A stretch of DNA of 64,000 bases from Diplonema papillatum. Lineage: Eukaryota. How positions within the stretch are numbered: the stretch's first letter is position 1; the number at the start of each line of letters is the position of its first letter. Where the stretch lies: contig JAPJBO010000158.1 of NCBI GenBank assembly GCA_030068145.1, positions 117,818-181,817 on the forward strand, given 5' to 3'. The notes under the pieces were generated by a model that made no database searches, was not told where the DNA came from, and saw only the letters and a list, made by a program, of their open reading frames with translations. The translations under genes were made by a program, and so were the position numbers. Below, piece after piece: positions 1 through 9,975 of the stretch.

Positions 1-127
1 CATCCGCCCCCCAAAATACGTCTCTTTCACCCTTTGACCGCCAGCAATGCAACCTCCTCAAATCTGGACGTGGATGTTGATATCTCACTCGTAAAATCCA
101 TACACGATAGGTTGCTTCTCTCATTCT

Positions 128-152
128 TTCTCAAACAAATTTGCCAAACAAC
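128..152 (+). promoter_or_regulatory. Conserved upstream motif (ctttctcaaacaaatttgccaaaca), 21 nt before the ATG of paralog 1
   Basis: Same motif at the same distance (18-24 nt) upstream of all five paralog start codons. Confidence 0.3.
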
Positions 153-172
153 AAATCATTGTCGAGGGCAAC

Positions 173-2485
173 ATGTGGAGCAGGCTCGTCGCGGTGGTGG
201 CCGTGCTTGGGTTGCAAGCCGAAGCAATGGAAAAGAATCCCGTGTCGAACGCGGATATGTGCAAGCTCGCGAAGACGCTGGACGGGAAGGTTCTGCTGTC
301 GACCGCGACGTGTTGCGTCGGCTATGCCCGACCGGTGAACTACCTGTGCCCGGCTAATACCGGCGACGAAACATTCGCGAAGACGACGGCGCAGTACCTG
401 ATGGATTGCGATGGGGAAATCCCGGACGGAGTGATCATCGCGAAGGGGCCGGGTGACGTGAGCAAAGCGCTTGCGTACGCGAAGGCAGCGAACGTGGCGT
501 TCCGCGTGAAGAGCGGTGGACACAGCCAGGCTTGCCTGAGCACAGTTAAAGACGGTGTGGTGCTGTCTTTGGAGTCGATGAAGAAGATAGAGTACATCAA
601 CCACGACGACGGGTCTGTGTTCGTGACGATTGAAGCGGGTGTGACGTTGACGGAGCTTCGGGCGGACTACATCGCGAACAGTGACGTGTACTTCCCGCAC
701 GGACTTGACCCGTGGATCGGTGCCGGTGGACACTTCACTGGTGGTGGAGTGGGCCACCTTGTGAGAAAGTTCGGGTTCGGTTCGGACTTCGTGGTTGGGA
801 TGGACGTGGTGCTGCCGTCGGGAGAGTTCGTGCAGGTGTTCGAGCCGGAGTACGAGGAGAGGCTGACGGGGCGGCTGAGCGTGTACAACGAGAGAGACCG
901 ACAGCTCCTGTGGGGCTTGAAAGGTAGCGGACACGCGAACTTCGGAGTGGTGACGAAGTTCTGGATGCGGACCATCCCGCGTCCGGCGTACGTGGTGCTT
1001 GGAAAGTACTCTTACAACATCGCGGACAAGACGAGTGTGGAGGAGTACTGGAACTCGATGTGCGGGTACTACTCGAAGGCACCGGAGGACGAGACGGCGG
1101 AAGAACGGAACTTGCTCGTGTGGCCGATGGTGAGCAACAACAGAGAGGGACCAGGGTTCCTGATGCGGTTCATCATCTACTACATCCCGGACAACAACAG
1201 CACTGCGCAGGGAGCTCTCGACGAGGCGACGCCGGTTGTGAACGCGTTCCTGACGCACGTGAACGGGCTGACTTACCACTCGGGAGGCATCGAGGCAGTG
1301 GCTGAGAGCGGGCAGTTCCCGAATCTGGTGGACCCGAGCGTGAGCCGTTACGCACCGACATGCGTTTCGAGGATCGTTCCGTCGCGGGAAGACGTGTGCA
1401 ACAGAGACGGGTGGATTGGGAAGTTCGCTGACTTCATCTACGACGAGATCAGCTTGTTTCCTTCGCGGGGGACGACGCTGTTCACGTACTTCGACAAGTG
1501 GGGCGGGGCAGCTTCGCTGAACGACGCAAACTTCGAGCGGACGTCGGTGAACACGCGGAACGCATATGGCACGATTCAGTTCTGCAGAATCCCGTTGAAC
1601 GTTGCGACGCGGGACACGAATGCCATGATCAACGGTGAAGGTGGTACGAAGGACTTCAACGACTCGGTGCTGGCAGATGTGGGCAACGGGTGGTACTTGA
1701 ACTTCCTCGACACGTTGGCGACGGAACCCGAGCAAATCTACACCGAGCCGGCGGTGTACCAGCGACTTCAGAAGGTGAAGAACGTTTACGATCCGACGAA
1801 CGTTCTCGACAGGCCTCTCGGCGTGCCTCTGCCGGGGTCGGAGTTCTTGGCAGACAGCACCTTGGCGTTGGTCGGCGCTTCGGCACCGACGGGACAAGAC
1901 TACTGCAAACTCTCTGGCACGTTAGAGGGCGCTGTCTTGATGCCTGTGATGGGATGCTGCGGCACCAGCGCGGTGCCGCCAGGCTTTCCGTGCACAGCCG
2001 ACCCAGCGAACGGGAACCTGAGCTACGCTGAGAGCCACAATCGCGTTCTGGTCGACTGCGACGATCTGAAGCCCAACGCCGTCATCATCGCCCGAAGCGC
2101 GTTGGACGTTACGAAGTCGCTGAAGTTCATCAAGGAGCGAGACATCGACTACCGCATCCGTTCCGGCGCTCACAGTCAGTCGTGCGCGAGCACGTGCAGT
2201 AACTGCGTTGTTATCTCGCTGGAGAAAATGAAGGGCATCGACTACGTGACATCTGACACGGGTGCGACGTTCATGGGAGTCGAGCCGGGTGTCGTGTTGA
2301 AGGAGCTCATTGCCGACTACCAGGACCACAGCGACGTGTACTTCCCGCACGGTCTGGACGCACCCGTCGGCCTCGGGGGGCACTTGGGTGGTGGAGCTGT
2401 CGGCTACCTCACGAGGAAGTTCGGCTTCGGCGCAGACTTCATTGTTGGCGTGGAACTTGTTCTCGGGAACGGCAAGTTCGTTCAG
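173..2485 (+). CDS. BBE-like FAD-linked oxidase paralog 1, exon 1 (signal peptide; complete module 1 and N-terminal part of module 2)
   Basis: ORF 173..2500. N-terminus MWSRLVAVVAVLGLQAEA reads as a signal peptide. Motifs RVKSGGHS (His for covalent FAD) and GAGGHFTGGGVGHLVRKFGFGSDFVVGMDVV (FAD_binding_4). BBE C-terminal-like WYLNFLD...YQRLQKVKNVYDPTNVL. A second RIRSGAHS...GGHLGGGAVGYLTRKFGFG starts module 2. Exon ends at a cag|gtgtgc donor. Confidence 0.88.
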
Positions 2486-2710
2486 GTGTGCTTCTTCTGA
2501 TGCACGCAAAACTTTTCAAAGAGCCTTGACAGTTTCCATGTCGCGGTGTTCAGTACGCCATCTTGTTCTTTAAGGCGACACACACGCGTGTTCGTACTTC
2601 CGTGAAGGCACCGAGTTGTATAGCGCTTTAAAACAGGTCCGTTACACACACACCCACTATACTCCGCGTCAGGTGTTACCCATCATTGAATTTCGCACCC
2701 ACTCGCATAG
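2486..2710 (+). other. Intron (GT..AG, phase 0) of BBE paralog 1
   Basis: Donor ttcag|gtgtgc, acceptor tcgcatag|gtc. Homology to module 1 (EFVQVFEPEYEE vs KFVQ|VYDQDYEE) resumes exactly at the acceptor. Read-through gives VQVCFF-stop. Confidence 0.8.
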
Positions 2711-3682
2711 GTCTATGACCAGGACTACGAAGAACAGCTGCTTGGGTACAGGCGAGCGCACAACGACGAGGACCAAGACCTTCTGTGGGCTGTGAAGGGG
2801 AACGCTCACGCAAACGTCGGGGTGGTGACGCGGTACTGGATGCGCACTATTCCTCGTCCGAGCTACATGGTGAAAGGGTTTTACCTGTTCGGAGTGCAGT
2901 CTGCAGTTCACCTGCGCAGCTTCTGGGGATCAGTATGCAAGTTCTACTCTGTCTCCGACGAGTCGCCGAAGGCCAAGAATCTGATTATATGGCCGTTCGT
3001 CCGGTCCGGGAACCAGCTGATGCTGCAAGTGTTCTACCTGCCCGACCGCAACGACACGGCCAGCGGTGCACTGGCAGAGGCGGAAGAAGTGTTGCACGAG
3101 TTCTTGGTAGGTGTGACGGCGCCGTTGATAACGCAGAGTATCCAGGCCGTGCCAGACAAGATGCAGTTCGCCGACATTTTGAACGACCAGGGCGGACGGA
3201 CGACGTACAGCTGCACCTCGAGACTTGTGAGGAAGCGAGAGGATGTTTGCGACAACTGGTCGTTCTTGGACAGCTTCGCTGACAGGATGTGGTACGAGAT
3301 GGTGAACCCTGTTGTGGACCAGACGTTTTTCGCGTACTTCGACCCTTGGGGAAGTGCGGCCACGACCAACGACCCGGACTTCGTGAAGTCGTCATTCATG
3401 GGCAGGCATGCGTGGGGGACGTTCCAGTACTGCAGGACACCCGTGGGCGCCGTCACGAGGGAAGCTTTGTGGGCAACGGTTGACACGTTCGACAGTCTGA
3501 TCGCGTCTCAGATCAGCGACTCGTGGTACGTGAACTTCCAAGACAGAACGACGACAAACCGGTCGCAGGTTCTGTTCGTTCCGGAGGTGAACGAAAGGCT
3601 GCAGACGATCAAAGCGAAGTACGACACGACCGGCGTTTTCTCGAGTCCGCTGACTGTCACGTTGCCCGAACGTGGGTGGTGA
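2711..3682 (+). CDS. BBE-like oxidase paralog 1, exon 2 (rest of module 2, including its BBE C-terminal domain)
   Basis: In frame with ORF 2792..3682. VYDQDYEEQLLGYRRAHNDEDQDLLWAVKGNAHANVGVVTRYWMRTIPRP parallels module 1 VFEPEYEERLTGRLSVYNERDRQLLWGLKGSGHANFGVVTKFWMRTIPRP. Ends WYVNFQD...ERLQTIKAKYDTTGVF (BBE domain). Confidence 0.86.
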   Translation, partial: VYDQDYEEQLLGYRRAHNDEDQDLLWAVKGNAHANVGVVTRYWMRTIPRPSYMVKGFYLFGVQSAVHLRSFWGSVCKFYSVSDESPKAKNLIIWPFVRSGNQLMLQVFYLPDRNDTASGALAEAEEVLHEFLVGVTAPLITQSIQAVPDKMQFADILNDQGGRTTYSCTSRLVRKREDVCDNWSFLDSFADRMWYEMVNPVVDQTFFAYFDPWGSAATTNDPDFVKSSFMGRHAWGTFQYCRTPVGAVTREALWATVDTFDSLIASQISDSWYVNFQDRTTTNRSQVLFVPEVNERLQTIKAKYDTTGVFSSPLTVTLPERGW

Positions 3683-3968
3683 GGACGACATACGAGCAGC
3701 GCAGAAAATCAGCAACGTCACGCGTACAAAACTTACGGAAGAATACTGAAACAAAAAACAAGAAAAAAACAACGAACATCGCGACATCAACGCGAACAAA
3801 CCCAGCGGCGCTTCTTGAGAACGTTTTTAAACAGCGCAGGAAAGGGTTGCGTTCGAAACAAAGCAAACAAGACCCCGTGTATCGAACATTTCGAATACGC
3901 GCGGAGGCAGCACGTTTCCGCAGAACAGAAAGAAAAGCGTATCAGCGCTTTGCCCATCTTCGGAACCC

Positions 3969-4200
3969 TTTTTTTTTTTTACATGAGCGCCAGCTTGGAA
4001 GGAAATGCTCGACGAAGCTGCGAGACAACGAACCGAGGGGATCCCAACTGCTGTAACTAGTCTACCCCCACGACAAGACACACAAACACAACGGGTCGAA
4101 AGTCCTGGGTGAGAAAACAACACACGGTGGTGTAAGCGAAGTACGAAGGAAGTCAATCGGAGTCAAAGCAGCGACGTCGAGTATACCGTAATTGGAATAA
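3969..4200 (-). mobile_element. Short A-tailed retroposon (family R1, SINE-like), copy a
   Basis: T-run on the plus strand (A-tail on the minus strand) then acatgagcgccagcttggaaggaaatgctcgacgaagctgc...gggatcccaactgctgtaacta...ctacccc...cacaaacacaac..gtc.aaagtcctgggtgagaa. Five copies in the window. Confidence 0.5.
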
Positions 4201-6457
4201 TGTTGAACTGGACTAAAGCTGGAACGGGTAAATGACAGACCGGGTAAAACCCGGGACCCCCGGGGAAAACAGATGAGCGCAGTTCGCTGCGCGCCGTCTC
4301 TTTCCGCGCATCGATGCATCTATTATCATTACACCGATCACGCCCCCTCGCAGGAGAAGGAAAACGAAGCGGTGCAGACGCAATCCAAACACACATTCAA
4401 AAAGTTGCACCAACGCAGACGACTGTTCGTCTGCAGATGGTGCGTCGTTTGTTTCAACGCACACAAGAAAAGCAAGGTACACTCGGGGTTGTCCGTTGCC
4501 AAGAGGGAGCGACTGCATGCGTTTTCGCCTCGGAGAGTGTGGGTGTTCGGGTCACGTGGTCTGTGAGCGTCTCTGAGCAGCGCACCATCGGTAACCGGTT
4601 CCGTTAGTGCGCGCCAGGAGTTGCTGTGCAGCCTCGTGCAGAGCCGCACACGCTCTACAGGCATCCCGCCGGCGTTCGCTAGCCTGCTTGGTACTCCTCT
4701 GGCGCTAAGCTTCCCCAAGGAAGGAGCCGCGTGAAGTTTATCTCAAAGCTCAACTCTGGTACCCCCCTACGCAACTAAGTTCCCCCCCCCCCAAAAAAAA
4801 AAACTACAATGAAGCAACGACGGCGCGAGTCAGTAAGAAGGGACGGGTTACGGACCCTCCCCGAAACGCCGTCAGCTCACCCGAAGCCGAGCCAGGGAAA
4901 TGGTGGAATCTCTTATACACCTCTCCGTTTATTTTAGGCAGTCCACGAATTCGTGAGACTGCCGGTGCTCTCCCTTACACAGCAACCAACCGTTTCGGCA
5001 GCAAAGAGAGGTGCGATGTCTAAAGCAGTCACGGGCGACGAACGGGCGCAGAACTGCCAGATGCAAGAACGGGGATCGCGCTCAGGCAGGGCGGATGCGA
5101 GTTGCAGCCTCAGTCTGGCTTCAGAGCCACCAGGTAAGAAGAGGCAGCCTGCTGCTTTCATTTCCTCCCCAGGCTTCGCGTCCGAGTCGTCAGATTCCCT
5201 TCGAGCTGCACTAAGCAGCAAACTCGGTTGTCTCGTTTCCAGTTACTGTTGTTTTGGCACCGCACTCTCTTGCGTCCGCTCCCTCACTATTGTCCTTAAG
5301 TGCCTGCATGGTTCTGTCGGACGTTTGCCACCTCTCATGTTTTTGCGCATGCATTTTCGCAAAAGACCCGCTACGACGATAACGCTGTCTTCCTCGCTGT
5401 GGACCGGTTTGGACCCTTCGAAACGAAGCTCCTGAAAGCGGCCTTTGCGCATGTCAATTTGCCCCTCTTTAACAATCGCGATACCTTTTCCTCTTCTTGT
5501 CGTCGAGACGATCCCTGCCGGGGTTGTTAGTCCGTCGCAAGCGCTTTTTCGCACCCGGGGTGCGCCAGAAAGGTTCCGGCTGATGCGGGGAGGAACGTGT
5601 GGAACACAATTCCTTCTGCTGCTATGTGCAGCTCATGGGGCGCTGTCGTGACCCACTTCGAGCAACCTAGCAGCCGCGTGAGGCCGTGGATTCTGGGTAT
5701 TGATGCAAACAACCGTGCAACTGGAGAAGATGATCGATGAGCACCAGACGAAGCATAAAGACGAAGAAAGACACGCGACGTTGGTCCAACCTCTCAAAGA
5801 TCTACCATGCCAAGCATCAACCACAGCTCTACGACTTACAGTGCAACCATAATAAGTTCGACGACCGCCGGAAGAACAACTACGAAATCTCTGAACAACG
5901 CAGATCCGAGCCTCATTTGGTGTCGCTGCAGCGCTCTGCTGCGAAGAAAAACGAAGAACGACACGAAACTACTGAAAACACAAAGGGTTGTGAGACGTTG
6001 CTCACACTTTGTCGCGGGGTGTTCTTTTTTTATTCGGCCAAGGAGCCCAGCAAGGTGAAAGGTTTGGTAAGATTGGCGTCATTGGGGGGGGGGGGGGGGG
6101 GCCTTAACGTGGCGACACTGTTGACCTTAATTGAGCCGCGGTCGCCGATCCCCCAACCGCAAGCATCATGTCCTTGCGTCGGCACCTGTCAGGAGGGGGC
6201 AGAAGCTGGCGGTTCAGGGAGGCGACCCGAAGCGGAATACCGGACGGTGTCCCCGTAAAAGAATCGGGAAGGTGTGACTGACATTCTTTGATCCTGTTGG
6301 TTCGGGCTTGTTCAGGAGTGCTACCATTTACCGGGATATTACTAGTCGTCGAAGCCAGCCCCACCCCGAATTCTTCTGGTGTCGATTCGAGGTGGCCGTG
6401 CTCGTCTAGCCATGCGTCTTGCTCCAGTTCCCTCAGTAACCTGCAAGAAACCAGCGC

Positions 6458-7222
6458 GTGTGTCCGCTGCACGGCAAGCCGAGGTGCGAGGGCTGCATCC
6501 GCCAAGAATTGAAGCTGGAAGGGTGCTGCTCCAACCATCACGAGGGCGGGGACGGGCTGGCGGTGAAGATGTGCACGAAGCACCGCATGACGGCGTGCTC
6601 CACGTGCACATCGGTGGCGGCATGCTGTAAAAACTCGCACCACAAGTGCCTGAGTCGCGAGCTGCCGACGTGCGATACGTGCATGCGGTACGAGAACGTG
6701 CGGTGCCGCAGGCCCAGGCAGTGCTGTAAGCGAGGGCACCACGGGGCACCGCCAGCGGCGAAGCGGGGACCTGTCGGCCAACGGGCGAGCGCGTACGCCT
6801 CGAAGGTGCCAGAACCGAAGCCGCGGCCACAGGGCCCGCAACCAACAGATCGGACGCCACCACCGAACGGCGAACGTGCAAAAGGGACGGACGGCGCCTG
6901 CTCCCAGCGGAAGCGTGGACGCGACGATGAGCAAGCAGGTGGGAGCGCCCGCAAGAAGCCGAAGCCGCAGCAGCCGCCTCTGAACGAGAAGCGCACCCCA
7001 AAAGTGGACAGCCCACAAACCCAACCGAAGCGGAGCGGCGAAGACGAGCAGGCTAAGGCAGGGAGCATAGAGGAGTCGAGATCTCGGCCGCGGAAACAAC
7101 TTGCGAGGAAGAAAAGGAAGTGTGCCGCATCATCTGGTGATTCCTCGTCATCAAACTGCACCTCGGACGTGAAGAGCGCACCGGAGACAAACAGTACGCG
7201 GCAAGAAGCGACCGAAGCATGA
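6458..7222 (+). CDS. Possible small gene: two tandem B-box-like Cys/His clusters plus a Lys/Arg/Pro-rich tail (weak call)
   Basis: ORF 6458..7222. CPLHGKPRCEGC..x9..CCSNHH and CTKHRMTACSTC..x5..CCKNSHHKC each fit C-x2-H-x4-C-x2-C-x(5-9)-CC-x2-HH. But the locus is GC-rich with long open frames on both strands, and no paralog is present in the other array units. Confidence 0.2.
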   Translation: MCPLHGKPRCEGCIRQELKLEGCCSNHHEGGDGLAVKMCTKHRMTACSTCTSVAACCKNSHHKCLSRELPTCDTCMRYENVRCRRPRQCCKRGHHGAPPAAKRGPVGQRASAYASKVPEPKPRPQGPQPTDRTPPPNGERAKGTDGACSQRKRGRDDEQAGGSARKKPKPQQPPLNEKRTPKVDSPQTQPKRSGEDEQAKAGSIEESRSRPRKQLARKKRKCAASSGDSSSSNCTSDVKSAPETNSTRQEATEA

Positions 7223-7465
7223 CACGACGCGCGCAAAGAGGTAGTCTGTAGCGGCTTGTGCAGTCTATCGACACAGATTGTTGCTGCATAACAAGTTCAA
7301 ACTACTACTACTACTACGGCTAAGGAGCCCAGCACGATGAAAGGTTTGCAAACGAAGGGCACCCATCCAAACGACTGAATAAAAACACCTTCTTGTTTCC
7401 GTCTGTCTTTGTCAAGAGCTGCGACTCAACTATTCTTACACGCACGACAGGTTGTCTCTCTCTGT

Positions 7466-7490
7466 CTCAAACAAAACTGCCAAGCAACAA
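7466..7490 (+). promoter_or_regulatory. Conserved upstream motif (ctcaaacaaaactgccaagcaacaa), 20 nt before the ATG of paralog 2
   Basis: See paralog 1 motif. Confidence 0.3.
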
Positions 7491-7509
7491 CTTATCTTCG
7501 TGGGACAAT

Positions 7510-9825
7510 ATGTGGAGTAGGCTCGTCGCGGTGGTGGCCGTGCTTGGGCTGCAAGCCGAAGCAATGGAAAAAAATCCCGTGTCGAACGCGGATATGTGCA
7601 TGCTCGCGAAGACGCTGGACGGGAAGGTTCTGCTGTCGACCGCGACGTGTTGCGTCGGCTATGCCCGACCGATGAACTACCTCTGCCCGGCTCATACCGG
7701 CGAAGAAACGTACGACACAACGACGAAGCAGTACCTGATGGATTGCGATGGGGAAATCCCGACCGGAGTGATCATCGCAAAGGGGCCGGGAGACGTGAGC
7801 AAAGCGCTTGCGTACGCGAAGGCAGCGAACGTGGCGTTCCGCGTGAAGAGCGGTGGACACAGCCAGGCTTGCCTGAGCACGGTTAAAGACGGTGTGGTGC
7901 TGTCTTTGGAGTCGATGAAGAAGATAGAGTACATTAACCACGACGACGGGTCTGTGTTCGTGACGATGGAAGCGGGTGTGACGTTGACGCAGCTTCGGGC
8001 GGACTACATAGCTAACAGTCACGTGTACTTCCCGCACGGACTTGACCCGTGGATCGGTGCCGGTGGACACTTCACTGGTGGTGGAGTGGGCCACCTTGTG
8101 AGAAAGTTCGGGTTCGGTACAGACTTCGTGGTTGGGATGGACGTGGTGCTGCCGTCGGGAGAGTTCGTGCAGGTGTTCGAGCCGGAGTACGAGGAGAGGC
8201 TGACGGGGCGGCTGAGCGTGTACAACGAGAGAGACCGACAGCTCCTGTGGGGCTTGAAAGGAAGCGGACACGCGAACTTCGGAGTGGTGACGAAGTTCTG
8301 GATGCGAACTATCCCCCGTCCAGCTTACGTAGTGCTTGGAAAGTACTCTTACAACATCGCGGACAAGACGAGTGTGGAGGAGTACTGGAACTCGATGTGC
8401 GGGTTTTACTCGAAGGCGCCGGAGAACGAGACGGCTGGAGAACGGAACTTGCTCGTGTGGCCGATGGTGAGCAACAACAGAGAGGGACCAGGGTTCCTGA
8501 TGCGGTTCATCATCTACTACATCCCGGACAACAACAGCACTGCGCAGGGAGCTCTCGACGAGGCGACGCCGGTTGTGAACGCGTTCCTGGCGCACGTGAA
8601 CGGGCTGACGTTCCACTCGGGAGGCATCGAGGCTGTGGCGGAAAACGGGCAGTTCCCGAATCTGGTGGACCCGAGCGTGAGCCGATACTCGCCGACATGC
8701 GTTTCGAGGATCATTCCGTCGCGGGAAGACGTGTGCAACAGAGACGGGTGGATTGGGAAGTTCGCTGACTTCATCTTCGAAGAGATCAGCTTGTTTCCAT
8801 CGCGGGGGACGACGCTGTTCACGTACTTCGACAAGTGGGGCGGGGCAGCTTCGCTGAACGACGCAAACTTCGAGCGGACGTCGATCAACACGCGGAACGC
8901 ATATGGCACGATTCAGTTCTGCAGAATCCCGTTGAACGTTGCGGCGCGGGACACGAATGCCATGATCAACGGTGAAGGTGGTACGAAGGACTTCAACAAC
9001 ACAGTGCTCGCAGATGTGGGCAACGGGTGGTACTTGAATTTCCTTGACACGTTGGCGACGGAACCCGAGCAAATCTACACCGAGCCGGTGGTGTACCAGC
9101 GACTTAAGAAGGTAAAGCACGATTACGATCCGACGAACGTTCTCCACAGGCCTCTCGGCGTGCCTCTGCCGGGGTCGGAGTTCTTGGCAGACAGCACCTT
9201 GGCGTTGGTCGGCGCTTCAGCACCGACGGTACAAGACTACTGCAAACTCTCTGGCACGTTAGAGGGCGCTGTCCTGATGCCTGTGATGGGATGCTGCGGC
9301 ACCGACCCGTGGCCGCCAGGCGTGCCGTGCGCAACCGACACATCGAACAACGCGCAACTGAGCTACGCTGCGAGCCAGGCTCGTCTTCTTGTCGACTGCG
9401 ACAATCTGAAGCCCAATGCCCTCATCATCGCCCGAAGCGCGTTGGACATTACGAAGTCGCTGAAGTTCATCAAGGAGCGAGACATCGACTACCGCATCCG
9501 ATCCGGCGCTCACAGTCAGTCGTGCGCGAGCACGTGCACTAACTGCGTTGTTATCTCGCTTGAGGAATTGAAGGGCATCGAATACGTGACATCTGACGCA
9601 GGTGCGACGTTCATGGGAGTCGAGCCGGGTGTCGAGTTGAAGCAACTAGTTGCTGACTACCAGGACCACAGCGACGTGTACTTCCCGCACGGTCTGGACG
9701 CACCCGCCGGCATCGGAGGACACTTGGGCGGTGGAGCTGTCGGCTACCTCACGAGGAAGTTCGGCTTCGGTTCTGACTTCATTGTCGGCGTGGAACTTGT
9801 TCTTGGGAACGGCAAGTTCGTTCAG
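7510..9825 (+). CDS. BBE-like FAD-linked oxidase paralog 2, exon 1
   Basis: Inside ORF 7393..9840. Conserved start MWSRLVAVVAVLGLQAEAMEKNPV. ~95% aa identity to paralog 1. Same motifs and same donor cag|gtgtgc. Confidence 0.87.
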
Positions 9826-9975
9826 GTGTGCTTCTTCTGATGCACGCAAACCTCTACCATTCGAACCGGAAGGAATCATAACAGTTTTTGTGTGTTCTGT
9901 TCAGCACACCATTTTGTTGTTGTCTACCCCAACGAACCAACTACCACTCACACAAACCCACCAACACTCACACAG
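9826..9975 (+). other. Intron (GT..AG, 150 bp) of BBE paralog 2
   Basis: Donor cag|gtgtgc, acceptor cacacag|gtttac. Downstream frame is ORF 9892..10947. Confidence 0.8.

Noticed and set aside
131-1897. Long minus-strand ORFs overlapping every BBE exon (131..1897, 7492..9147, 15635..17080, 31530..33278, 43396..44460) and the many Arg/Pro-rich alternate-frame ORFs
   Set aside because: Antisense and off-frame open frames are expected in GC3-rich coding DNA. They have no recognisable domains. Their peptides are conserved only because the sense gene is conserved.
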